DNA of 64,000 bases from Parcubacteria group bacterium CG08_land_8_20_14_0_20_48_21 (GTDB taxonomy: Bacteria; Patescibacteriota; Patescibacteriia; UBA1544). Numbering within the stretch: the first letter of the stretch is position 1; each line of letters begins with the position of its first letter. The notes under the pieces were generated by a model. That model saw only the letters and a list, made by a program, of their open reading frames with translations. It was not told the DNA's origin and made no database searches. The stretch covers positions 3,134 to 67,133 of the forward strand of contig PEYJ01000009.1 of NCBI GenBank assembly GCA_002774425.1, written 5' to 3'. Position numbers and translations under genes: made by a program. Below, piece by piece: positions 10,440 to 20,138 of this stretch.

Positions 10440-11741
10440 TCAGTATTCTCGCAACCCTACATTTTTTTTCGTCTGCTCTTTAAGCCACGCAATAACCTTA
10501 CGGTTGCCAAGCAGGTTGTGCATATAGCGCCGATAGGCAACGCTTTCTATTTTTTCCAAAGACTCCTGATCATGCGCGTGCTGCGCTTTTATACGATCTA
10601 ATTCTTTTGCCACTTCGTCGTCCGTCACCTGCAGTTGCTGATCGGCAAATATTTGTCGTAATACCAAAGAAGTTTTTACTCGATTCTCGGCTTGGGGCAG
10701 CATATCTTTTTCCAGCTCTTCAGCGGTTTTTTTTATTTGCAAAAGATAGTCGGAAAATTTCGCGCCCTGCTGCGCGATACTTTCCTCAAGTTCATGCAAC
10801 ATTTTATGCACTTCATTGTGCACAAGCGTTTCGGGTATGTCTCCAAACTCGCTTGCACCTACCAACGCGTCCAAAAGCGCAAGCTCCGCACGTTCTTCCT
10901 CACGCATGTCTTTTTCCGCGCGCAAATTCTCGGTAAGTTTTTTCTTGAGATCGTCAATATCTTTAGATCCTACCGTTACTGCGAAATCATTAGTAAGTTC
11001 GGGTTGGGTAATCTCCTGCACTGCATTGACCCGTACCTTGAAATCAACCGCTTTTCCCGCAATGTGTTTATCCTTATAACGCTCCGGAAAGATGATCGTA
11101 AAAGATTTTTCCTCATCTTTGGCAAGACCCTCCAATTGCTCACTCAATCCCGGGATGTACAATTCCTCGCCCAATACAACGCTCACATTTTTTCCCTGCC
11201 CACCATCAAGTGGCACCTTATCCAAAAACATTTCCATATCCAAAATCACGCGGTCGCCTTTCTGCGCAACGCCGACTTTTACGGCGGTTTGCGCGCGCAT
11301 TTTTTGCAAATCTTTCAGCATCGCATCCACTTCTTTGTCTGCAACCGTAACCGGCTTTTTGGTAAAAGCTATATTTTTGATAGCGCCAACACACACTTCG
11401 GGAAGTATAGACACCACCGCTTTGTAACTAAACGGATTCTTTGGCGCAAGCTTTACAATATCCACCTGCGGCTGACCAACTACGACGATATGCTCCTGAT
11501 CCAACACACCGTAGAGCGTTGCTTGAATCATATCCTCTGCCGCCGTTTGGTAGATGGCCATTTCACCAAGTTCCTGCCGCACCACGTCCTGCGGCACACG
11601 CCCCTTACGAAATCCTTTTTTGTGGTACTCTTGGGTAAGCTCGCGCAACGCTTTATCAACGTACGGACGCACCTCATCAACCGAGAGTTCAATGGTAAGC
11701 GCAAGCCGCCCCTTGGGCAAGGATTCTTTTTTTATATCCAT
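10440..11741 (-). CDS. tig: Trigger factor
   Basis: GFRKGRVP ribosome-binding signature, FKBP domain (YIPGLSEQL). Confidence 0.95.
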   Translation of the reverse strand: MDIKKESLPKGRLALTIELSVDEVRPYVDKALRELTQEYHKKGFRKGRVPQDVVRQELGEMAIYQTAAEDMIQATLYGVLDQEHIVVVGQPQVDIVKLAPKNPFSYKAVVSILPEVCVGAIKNIAFTKKPVTVADKEVDAMLKDLQKMRAQTAVKVGVAQKGDRVILDMEMFLDKVPLDGGQGKNVSVVLGEELYIPGLSEQLEGLAKDEEKSFTIIFPERYKDKHIAGKAVDFKVRVNAVQEITQPELTNDFAVTVGSKDIDDLKKKLTENLRAEKDMREEERAELALLDALVGASEFGDIPETLVHNEVHKMLHELEESIAQQGAKFSDYLLQIKKTAEELEKDMLPQAENRVKTSLVLRQIFADQQLQVTDDEVAKELDRIKAQHAHDQESLEKIESVAYRRYMHNLLGNRKVIAWLKEQTKKNVGLREY

Positions 11742-11744
11742 ATG

Positions 11745-12220
11745 CTAATAGTGATAGGATTGTTTATGGTTTATCATGCATGCGCGATAGAGCTGTTCAA
11801 AAAAAATAATACGTGCCATTTGGTGGGTAAAGGTAAGGTGGGAAAGCGATATTTTTTTTGTACGTTCTTGAATACCCGCTCATCAAATCCCGTTGGACCG
11901 CCGACAAGGAACGCAAGATGCATACCGTGATGTTCATGATCTTGCAGCTTTTTCGCAAATATTTCCGATGACACTTCTTCGCCCGCACAATCAAGCGCAA
12001 TAACCGTATCCGCTTTCGCCGCATGCACACTCGCGAGAATATATTTTTCCTCTTTTTTTCTTGCCACATGCGCACCCGCTTCATCGGTAAAGGCACTTTC
12101 GGGAATTTCACGAACCGCTAATTTTACAAACGTGCCGAGACGTTTGCGATATTCCGCTTCGGTGCTTTTCCAGTAGTTTTCTTTCAATTTACCAACGGCG
12201 ATGAGCGTCACGCGCAACAT
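11745..12220 (-). pseudogene. rlmH: 23S rRNA (pseudouridine1915-N3)-methyltransferase RlmH, frameshifted at an A8 run (or sequencing error)
   Basis: IAVGKLKE..FLVGGPTG in the first frame; conserved C-terminus ISLSHLTFTHQMARIIFFEQLYRACMINHKQSYHY* lies in the -1 frame after T8 at 11852-11859. Confidence 0.85.
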
Positions 12221-12472
12221 AGCCTAAGGAGCGTAGCACAGTAAAATTCGTCTTGCAACCCTGGCACGTACTAACTCCATTGCCGATATAGGCGCAATAC
12301 GCCCTTGCAGTAACGTATTTTGCCATTGACCCTGTAACGTGGTATGGTAGGGTTGGCATTACGCTCATAGCCTGGAGATACAAAGAAGCCATTACATACA
12401 GCGTTACATACAGATTGATCGCTCAACTTCCTACAACTACAGGCCACCGGCTACAACCTCCTTTCTCTTTAC

Positions 12473-15319
12473 ATGCCCTTACCTTATTTTCAAAAACCCA
12501 ATCATGATTGGCAGCATACGGAACGCGCACGGCGCTTTACCGAACGCGGGCGAGACAAAAGACGTGTTGCGCACGCCGATCCATTGCGTTTTATCCTCAT
12601 GAGTGTTCTCGTGTTAGGGTTTTTGGGGCTTGCTGGCATGCTCGGTGTTTTTGCATACATGTCACGCGACCTGCCTGATCCCAATCAACTTAGTGAGCGC
12701 GTCGTACCCCTTTCAACTAAAATCTATGACCGCACGGGAGAAGTTCTTCTTTATGAAATCCACGGTAATCAGCAGCGCACACTCATCAAATTGCAGGATC
12801 TGCCTGATTATGTAAAATGGGCGGCTATTATAACGGAAGATAAAAACTTCTATGCGCATCCCGGCATAGATTTGAAGGGTACGCTGCGTGCCATTATCGT
12901 GAATGTGTTGCGCGGCGAGAGGGCACAGGGAGGATCCACCATCACGCAACAGCTCATAAAAAATTCCCTTCTCACAACAGAGAAAAAGTATTCACGTAAG
13001 ATAAAGGAGTGGGTATTGGCATACCGACTGGAGCAAAAATTTAGTAAGGATGAAATTCTTCAGCTCTATTTTAACGAGATTCCCTATGGCTCAACCGCTT
13101 ATGGTATAGAGGCGGCATCACAAACTTATTTTGGAAAATCTGTGTGCAACCTCACGATAGCGGAAGCCGCTACCATCGCGGCCATGACGCAGGCGCCAAC
13201 CTACTATTCGCCGTACGGATCACACAAGGACGAACTGCTAAATCGGCGGCGCTATGTCATTGACCAGTTGGTGGAAAGCGGCCATATCACCAAGGATGAG
13301 GGTGATGGAGCGAGGGCAGAGGAACCTGTTTTTAAAGAACGTAGCCAAAATATCACCGCGCCGCATTTTGTGATGTACGTGCAAGAATTGCTCACGAAAA
13401 CCTACGGAGAAAAATTGGTTGAGCAAGGGGGATTAAAAGTTACTACAACACTGGATGCGGGGCTACAAAAAATCGCTGAAGATACGATAACCGAAAAAAT
13501 TCCCGATCTTGAAGAACGGTGGAATGCCACAAATGCGGCACTCGTCGCGCTTGATCCGAAAACCCAGCAGATTCTTGCCATGGTAGGCTCACGTGATTTT
13601 TTTGATGAGACGATAGACGGACAGGTCAATGTCGCCCTGCGTCCGCGCCAACCGGGTTCATCATTTAAACCAATTGCCTACGCCGCGGGTTTCATCAAAG
13701 GCTATACGCCGGACACCGCGCTTTTTGACGTACAGACAATTTTTAAAACAGACACCGAAGATTATGAGCCGCACAATTACGACTCAAAAGAGCATGGGTT
13801 GGTGACCGTACGCGAAGCACTACAGCAATCACTCAACATTCCAGCCGTAAAAATGCTGTATTTAACAGGTATTGAGAACGTGCTGCAGCTTGCCGAAAAA
13901 CTTGGCTACACCACCTTCGTCGATAGATCTCGTTTTGGCTTGTCCCTTGTGCTCGGTGGCGGAGAGGTAAAATTATTGGAACATACAAGCGCGTTCGCCA
14001 TATTTGCCGATGAAGGTGTTCGGGCACACGCGACAACGCCGATTTTACAGGTTACCGATAAGGATGGTCGCATTCTTGAAACATATAAAGAACAGCCTGA
14101 GGAACTGCTGGATAAAGAAATTGCCCGCACGATAACTGCCATCTTAAGCGACAATGCGGCGCGCACTCCGACGTTCGGCGAGCACAATCTCCTCACCCTT
14201 CCCGATAGGTCGGTTGCGGCAAAAACTGGCACCACCAACGACTATAGAGATGCGTGGCTCATCGGCTATACGCCATCGCTTGCCGCGGGTGTTTGGGCTG
14301 GGAATAATGATTTTTCGGAAATGAAACGCGGTGGAGGTGGCTCATCGGTTACCGGTCCAATCTGGAATGCGTTTATGCGGGATGCCCTTAAAGAAACGCC
14401 GCCGGAATCTTTCACCAAACCAAAGCCAATGAAATCCGATAAACCAATACTTAGCGGCAAGGCGCAGGTTACAATAAAAGTTGACCGTATTTCCGGAAAA
14501 CCCGCAACCGAATTTACGCCAGACTATCTCATTGAAGAACGCACGTTTATTGAGCCACATTCTATTCTGCACTATGTCAATAAAGATGACCCGCAAGGTC
14601 CAGCTCCTACGGATCCGTCTTTGGACCCGCAGTACGCGGGATGGGAAGCGGGTGTTGTCGCGTGGTTTGCAAAAAATAAAACGGAGTATACCAACCTTAC
14701 GCCACTGCCGACCAATCTTCCTGATGAGGGTATAGCGCCAACTGTTGCGTTTGACGGACTGGCAGATAACGCACGCGTCACTACTACCCCGCTTCAGGTA
14801 AGCGTCAAGCTTTATGCGCCGTTAGGTATTGACCGCGTGGAATATTTTTTAAATGAAACACGCATCGGCATTAACCACCTCTGGCCTTTCAATCTTACGG
14901 CAATGGTAGTTGGAATGCCAAGTGGTTACTACACCCTGCGCGCGGTTACGTATGATACCGCCGAAAATATCGGCTATGCGGAAAAAACGGTTAGTTTGAT
15001 TATTCCATCCAATAATCCGGTACTTTCTTGGTCCTATCCGGAAAATAACGCGGTACTCCGTACGAAAGACTTTCCGCTCTATCTGCAATTAACTCTCGGC
15101 TATCCGGAAACGGTCTATGAGCTGGCAATCACCGCGCGGTCGGATGCGAGTGAAAAATTTACCATTCAGGATTTTACCGGAAATACTTTCCAGCCATCCG
15201 CAAAGGCGTTGTGGGAAACAACCCCGGATATAGGGACGTACACTCTCACCGCAACCGCATTCAACCTTTATGGCGGCAAGTTGGGTGAAGAATCACTTAC
15301 CATACGCGTTGCAGAATAA
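12473..15319 (+). CDS. Class A penicillin-binding protein (PBP1A family) with C-terminal Ig-like domains
   Basis: TEDKNFY, GGSTITQQL, RKIKE, GSSFKP (SxxK), SLN, KTG. Confidence 0.93.
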   Translation: MPLPYFQKPNHDWQHTERARRFTERGRDKRRVAHADPLRFILMSVLVLGFLGLAGMLGVFAYMSRDLPDPNQLSERVVPLSTKIYDRTGEVLLYEIHGNQQRTLIKLQDLPDYVKWAAIITEDKNFYAHPGIDLKGTLRAIIVNVLRGERAQGGSTITQQLIKNSLLTTEKKYSRKIKEWVLAYRLEQKFSKDEILQLYFNEIPYGSTAYGIEAASQTYFGKSVCNLTIAEAATIAAMTQAPTYYSPYGSHKDELLNRRRYVIDQLVESGHITKDEGDGARAEEPVFKERSQNITAPHFVMYVQELLTKTYGEKLVEQGGLKVTTTLDAGLQKIAEDTITEKIPDLEERWNATNAALVALDPKTQQILAMVGSRDFFDETIDGQVNVALRPRQPGSSFKPIAYAAGFIKGYTPDTALFDVQTIFKTDTEDYEPHNYDSKEHGLVTVREALQQSLNIPAVKMLYLTGIENVLQLAEKLGYTTFVDRSRFGLSLVLGGGEVKLLEHTSAFAIFADEGVRAHATTPILQVTDKDGRILETYKEQPEELLDKEIARTITAILSDNAARTPTFGEHNLLTLPDRSVAAKTGTTNDYRDAWLIGYTPSLAAGVWAGNNDFSEMKRGGGGSSVTGPIWNAFMRDALKETPPESFTKPKPMKSDKPILSGKAQVTIKVDRISGKPATEFTPDYLIEERTFIEPHSILHYVNKDDPQGPAPTDPSLDPQYAGWEAGVVAWFAKNKTEYTNLTPLPTNLPDEGIAPTVAFDGLADNARVTTTPLQVSVKLYAPLGIDRVEYFLNETRIGINHLWPFNLTAMVVGMPSGYYTLRAVTYDTAENIGYAEKTVSLIIPSNNPVLSWSYPENNAVLRTKDFPLYLQLTLGYPETVYELAITARSDASEKFTIQDFTGNTFQPSAKALWETTPDIGTYTLTATAFNLYGGKLGEESLTIRVAE

Positions 15320-15399
15320 ATGATCCTGTATTCGTTTCATAAAACCCTCGCTTGCGACAAGGGTTTATTTCGTGCTGTGCATGGTACGTTGTTGGTTAT

Positions 15400-16227
15400 T
15401 TATATCTGCCTCTTATAATTTCCCGGCACCTTGTACTGCTGACCGGTAAAGTGCGGATGAGAGATTTTAGGTATTGCAAATATTTTTCTCGTGTTGTGTG
15501 TGTGGGAAAACGCTTCCAGCACGCCATCTCCCACCGCATAAACGTCCAGTACCAGCTCTTGCGGTTCACCCGATCCAAAGAGCACATTCGTTTCTTCGTA
15601 GCAAACGCGCATCTGCCACCCTTCCCGCGCGGCGTGAGAAAAAAGTTCCGGGTAGGTTTCTACCGTTAAATTTTTTAAACCCCAATTCACCGGAAGCGTA
15701 TAAACGGTTGTCCCATCCTTTCCAACAAACTTGACCGAGTGGTGTTTTTCCCCGTATGCATACAAATCTCGCGTCAGCCGCACATCATCAATGCAGTAGC
15801 GCGTCAGCTCCGTCATGCGCCCATCCTTCCAAAGATCCAGCGCTTCCAGACCTGATCCGGACTTGCCTTCACCTAAAGTTGCTTTGACCAAATTATCAAG
15901 TTTGAGTCTCCTGCCCAAAACCTCAACCACCTCTTCGAGTATATCCAGATGCGGAATAGTACGCATATCCACTACTTCAAGGTGTGGTTGGATAACCGGC
16001 ACGTCAAAACGTTTGCTGTTAAATCCAACGAGCAAATCAGTATGTTTCAGCAACTCCTCAAACCCTTGCATTTCATGCTCCCGAAACGCCAGAAATTTAC
16101 CATACGTATAGCTATATACGCCCAGCACCGATATGCCGAGTTCGCCAAAACGATCTTCGGAATTTTGTCCCCCGATATCTGCAAAGGACTTTTGCGTTTC
16201 CACATCAAAAACGAGAATGTCCCGCAT
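15400..16227 (-). CDS. YprB-like RNase H-fold (DEDD) exonuclease with C-terminal WYL-like domain
   Basis: VFDVET, GFNSKRFD, HLDIL, YCIDDV; C-terminus AAREGWQMRVCY..DVYAV..LEAFSHTHNTRKIFAIPKI. Confidence 0.75.
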   Translation of the reverse strand: MRDILVFDVETQKSFADIGGQNSEDRFGELGISVLGVYSYTYGKFLAFREHEMQGFEELLKHTDLLVGFNSKRFDVPVIQPHLEVVDMRTIPHLDILEEVVEVLGRRLKLDNLVKATLGEGKSGSGLEALDLWKDGRMTELTRYCIDDVRLTRDLYAYGEKHHSVKFVGKDGTTVYTLPVNWGLKNLTVETYPELFSHAAREGWQMRVCYEETNVLFGSGEPQELVLDVYAVGDGVLEAFSHTHNTRKIFAIPKISHPHFTGQQYKVPGNYKRQI

Positions 16228-16301
16228 ACAACCTACGGCTAACTACTCGCGACCCTGAAATGGATGGCCATTGGCATGAGTGGCGCGTGGTAAATGATGG
16301 G

Positions 16302-18659
16302 TTATTTTTTTAGCGCAATTTTAAGCGCATCGTCCGCGTATGCAACAAAAGTAAACTTTAATTTTTTTCGCACATCATCAGGGATATCATCCAAATCTTT
16401 TTCATTATCTTTCGGGAGCAGCACTTGCTCAACTCCCGCACGATGCGCCGCCAAGACCTTTTCCTTCACACCGCCGATTTCCAAAATTCTGCCGCGCAAA
16501 GTAATTTCACCCGTCATACCAACCTCCCGCCTTACCTTTTTCCCCGTCATGAGCGAGGCAAGCGTCGTTGCCATCGCAACGCCGGCGGAAGGACCGTCTT
16601 TGGGTATTGCTCCTTCGGGAACATGCACATGTACGTCTATTTTTTCAAAGGCATTGGGCGCAAGCTGCAATATTTTTGCGCGCGACTTAATAAAGGAAAA
16701 TGCCGCCTGCGCTGACTCTTTCATAACCTCGCCTAATTGTCCTGTGAGAATGAGATTGCCCTTGCCGGGCATTTTTGTCGCTTCAATGAACAGAATTTCT
16801 CCACCCGCCTCCGTCCACGCAAGACCCGTTGAAACACCGACTTCATCTTTTTCCTCGGCAACGGTATGTTTGTATTTCTCGGTGCCAAGATAGGCGCGTA
16901 TATCTTGTACGCCGACCGTAAAGCGTTTTTTCCCGCCTTCAGTTATTTTGCGCGCAACTTTGCGCGCAATTTTAGCCAAGGTACGCTCAAGATTACGCAC
17001 CCCCGCTTCACGCGTATACTTTTGAATAATATGCCGCAACGCGTCATCCTCAAGTACAAATGATGCTTTTTTTAATCCATGCTCCTCCATGATTTTTGGC
17101 AGTAAAAACTTTTTTGCGATGTGAAATTTTTCATCCTCAATGTAGCTGGAAAATTCAATAACCTCCATGCGGTCGCGCAGAGGAGGTGGGATTGTATCCA
17201 GTACGTTTGCCGTTGTTATAAACATAACTCCTGAGAGATCAAACGGCTCTTCAATGTAGTGGTCGGAAAAATCTTTATTCTGTTCCGGATCCAGCGCTTC
17301 TAAAAGTGCGGATGACGGATCACCGCGAAAGTCGGTTCCTATTTTATCAATTTCATCCAGCATAAACACCGGGTTTTTGGTTCCAGCTTTTTTGATGCCC
17401 TGGATAATCCTCCCCGGCAACGCCCCAACGTAGGTGCGGCGGTGTCCGCGTATTTCCGCTTCATCCCTGATACCGCCAACCGATACGCGCACAAACTCCC
17501 GTCCCAAACTTTCAGCAATGGATTTGCCGATAGATGTTTTACCGGTTCCGGGAGGCCCCGCAAAGCATAGAATAGGTCCCCGAATTTTACCGGAAAGTTT
17601 CTGCACTGCGAGATACTCTAAAATGCGCTCCTTGACTTTACCAAGTCCGTAGTGCTGTTCATCCAGGGTCTTTTCGGCTTTTTTCACATCTATCTTTATC
17701 TTGCTTTGCTTATTCCATGGCAGATCAGTGAGCCACTCCAGATAGGTGCGTATGTAAGAAGTCTCGGGAGAAAATGGCGGCATTTTTTTCAGCCGATCAA
17801 ATTCTTTGCGCGCTCGCTCTTGTATTTTTTTCGGCATGCCAACCTCTTCTATCTTTTTTGCGATATCGGAAAATTCTCCCTCCTCTTCAGATATGCCCAG
17901 TTCTTTTTCAATAGCACGCATTTGCTCGCGCAGAAACACCTCTTTTTGCATTTTACCAAGAGATTTTTGAGTTTCCGATTGCAGCTTACGCTCAACTTTG
18001 GATATTTCTATTTCTTCAGCGAGAAACTTGCTTAGTTTTTTCAGGCGGTCCGACGTATGTGATGCCTCTAAAAGCTCCTGTCGCTGAGAAACGTCAAAAT
18101 CCAAATTTGCCACCATAAGGTCGGTTAGACGTTCCGGGTCGTTGCCTTGAGAAAAAATTTCAATGAGTACGTCTACCGGCACGGTCCGGCCAAGAGATAT
18201 CACTTGTTTGAATTGGTTGATAATAGTGCGCACAAGCGCCTCCAAATACGGGGTGCGCTCCGTCATAACCACGAGCGGTTCAATATGCGCAACTTGATAG
18301 GTCGCAATATTTTCTAAATTAATAATACGCACGCGGGCAATGCCATCGGCTATGAGCTGTGCCGCACCTCCGGCAGAACGCATAACCTGGGTAATACGCG
18401 CAACCGTGCCAACGGCATAAATATCGTCCCTGGATGGATTATTGATCTCTATCCTCTTTTGGCAGGAGAAGAGGATGATGCGATCTTGCTTCAATGATGC
18501 TTCAAGCGCGGCAAGTGACTTTGGACGCTCTACCGCGATAGGAACCACTTCATGCGGAAATACCACCGTATCCCGTAAAGGGATAAAAGGCAGGTGTTTT
18601 TTTATGGTAATTTTATTCTGTTTTTTCTCAACATCCGTTCGGATGAGTTCTTCGGGCAT
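16302..18659 (-). CDS. lon: Lon protease
   Basis: LON N-domain, GPPGTGKTS, LDEIDK, PKDGPSAG, GGVKEK. Confidence 0.97.
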   Translation of the reverse strand: MPEELIRTDVEKKQNKITIKKHLPFIPLRDTVVFPHEVVPIAVERPKSLAALEASLKQDRIILFSCQKRIEINNPSRDDIYAVGTVARITQVMRSAGGAAQLIADGIARVRIINLENIATYQVAHIEPLVVMTERTPYLEALVRTIINQFKQVISLGRTVPVDVLIEIFSQGNDPERLTDLMVANLDFDVSQRQELLEASHTSDRLKKLSKFLAEEIEISKVERKLQSETQKSLGKMQKEVFLREQMRAIEKELGISEEEGEFSDIAKKIEEVGMPKKIQERARKEFDRLKKMPPFSPETSYIRTYLEWLTDLPWNKQSKIKIDVKKAEKTLDEQHYGLGKVKERILEYLAVQKLSGKIRGPILCFAGPPGTGKTSIGKSIAESLGREFVRVSVGGIRDEAEIRGHRRTYVGALPGRIIQGIKKAGTKNPVFMLDEIDKIGTDFRGDPSSALLEALDPEQNKDFSDHYIEEPFDLSGVMFITTANVLDTIPPPLRDRMEVIEFSSYIEDEKFHIAKKFLLPKIMEEHGLKKASFVLEDDALRHIIQKYTREAGVRNLERTLAKIARKVARKITEGGKKRFTVGVQDIRAYLGTEKYKHTVAEEKDEVGVSTGLAWTEAGGEILFIEATKMPGKGNLILTGQLGEVMKESAQAAFSFIKSRAKILQLAPNAFEKIDVHVHVPEGAIPKDGPSAGVAMATTLASLMTGKKVRREVGMTGEITLRGRILEIGGVKEKVLAAHRAGVEQVLLPKDNEKDLDDIPDDVRKKLKFTFVAYADDALKIALKK

Positions 18660-18728
18660 ACTAAAAAATTACTACTACATTGTTCACCAGCGTAACACGA
18701 TTATTGAGAGAAGTCCATCTTACTACCA

Positions 18729-19856
18729 CTAGCGACGTATCGGCATGACCAGATAGAGATAGGGTTGTTTGGGGGTGTCCGCCGGCTCAAAGATACATGG
18801 TGTCGTGCTGTCGGCGATTTTCAGCATAACTTTTCCGGCGTGCAGCGCATTAAGCCCCTCAATAACATACCGGTGATTAAGCGTCGTGGTAATATCAGGC
18901 CCTTGTATATCTCCCTCAAGCGTAACCGCATTCTCCCCGAATTGTGTTGATGATGCAGATAGCGTAAGTTGCTGTTGAGCAGTGTTGCTAGTAAAGACAA
19001 CATCGCATACGCCTGCTTTTGAGAAGAGGCTTGCACTTTTCACGAGGCGCGATAGCGTTGCGGTTGCCACAATTGCCGTAGTTGTGGTATTTTGCGGAAT
19101 AATCTGCCGGTATTCGGGGTAGACACCATCAATCAAACGAGAAATAATCTCTATGGTATCAAGCGTAAAAAGTATTTGTCCTTCTTGTATGTAGAGTGTG
19201 AGCCGTTCATCTTCATTTTCAAATGTATACAATATGCGCAAGAGCTCCTGCAGGGTGCGTAAGGGAATGATGGTTGAAAAATCGTTTTCTGGACCGCTAT
19301 GTGTTAAAATTTTTCTCTCGCCCAACCGATAACTATCCGTACCAACAAGTGTAAGAATTTTATCTTTCACCTCGTAAGACAAAGACGCGCCACTAATCTC
19401 CTGGCGAGATTCGTGCGGTGATATAGTAAAAAGAACTTGCTCAAGCGCGTCACGGAACTGAATCGCGCCGCATGTAAGTGGATTTATTTTATCTGTGTTG
19501 GGAAGTGGGGGAAATTCGGCTGCGGGAACGCCGCGTATTTTTGTGTAGTAGTTCGCACAACGCACCTCAAGTACATCTTCTTTTAGTTCAAGGTCAACCT
19601 TTTCGTTCGGGAGTAGGTTAACATATTCAGTTAAGAGTCGCGCATCAAACGTATACGCCCCTTCCTTTTCCACTTTACCTCGAATAGTTGATCGCACGCC
19701 CATTTCAAGATTATTACTAATGCACTCTATCACACCTTTATCGGTCGCGCGTAAGAGAATGTTTTGTAGGATGGGAAGGTTTGTGGACTTGTGCGGTATT
19801 CTCCCCGCAACATGTAATCCTTTTTTAAGGTTGTCCTGAAGGCATTGAAATCTCAT
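18729..19856 (-). CDS. dnaN: DNA polymerase III beta clamp
   Basis: NLPILQN, GTDSYRL, YPEYRQIIP, LVMPIR; downstream of dnaA. Confidence 0.96.
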   Translation of the reverse strand: MRFQCLQDNLKKGLHVAGRIPHKSTNLPILQNILLRATDKGVIECISNNLEMGVRSTIRGKVEKEGAYTFDARLLTEYVNLLPNEKVDLELKEDVLEVRCANYYTKIRGVPAAEFPPLPNTDKINPLTCGAIQFRDALEQVLFTISPHESRQEISGASLSYEVKDKILTLVGTDSYRLGERKILTHSGPENDFSTIIPLRTLQELLRILYTFENEDERLTLYIQEGQILFTLDTIEIISRLIDGVYPEYRQIIPQNTTTTAIVATATLSRLVKSASLFSKAGVCDVVFTSNTAQQQLTLSASSTQFGENAVTLEGDIQGPDITTTLNHRYVIEGLNALHAGKVMLKIADSTTPCIFEPADTPKQPYLYLVMPIRR

Positions 19857-19879
19857 ACACACGCGGAGGTAGTATTAAA

Positions 19880-20138
19880 GAGTATAAAATACTATATTAA
19901 ATCAATAATAGTAATAAGGGCTGTGTAAACTGTGGGAAAGGAGAAATACAGCAGTTGCAATAGGCGCTCAAACTATAAGAAAGTGTGGATGAGTATCAAC
20001 AAGTGTTCAACAATGTAAAGTGTGTAGATACAGTAGAGTGTATAACTCACGAATTGTACACCTATAAGCAGCACGTCTATCCACAGTAAAATGCCGTATA
20101 AGTACCACCTTCCACACAATACATACACCGTACATTTC
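19880..20138. other. Replication origin oriC (DnaA boxes, GC motif, DnaA-trios, AT-rich unwinding region)
   Basis: Minus strand TTCCCACAG-TTTACACAG-CCC-TTATTACTATTATTGAT (about 19901-19938) matches the box/box/GC/trio basal unwinding layout; further near-boxes TGTGGATGA 19984 and CTATCCACA 20077; lies in the dnaA-dnaN gap. Confidence 0.75.

Noticed and set aside
10692-11930. 412-aa + strand ORF
   Set aside because: Antisense shadow of tig; similar shadows over lon, pnp, comM, the DUF4015-like gene and groEL were also ignored
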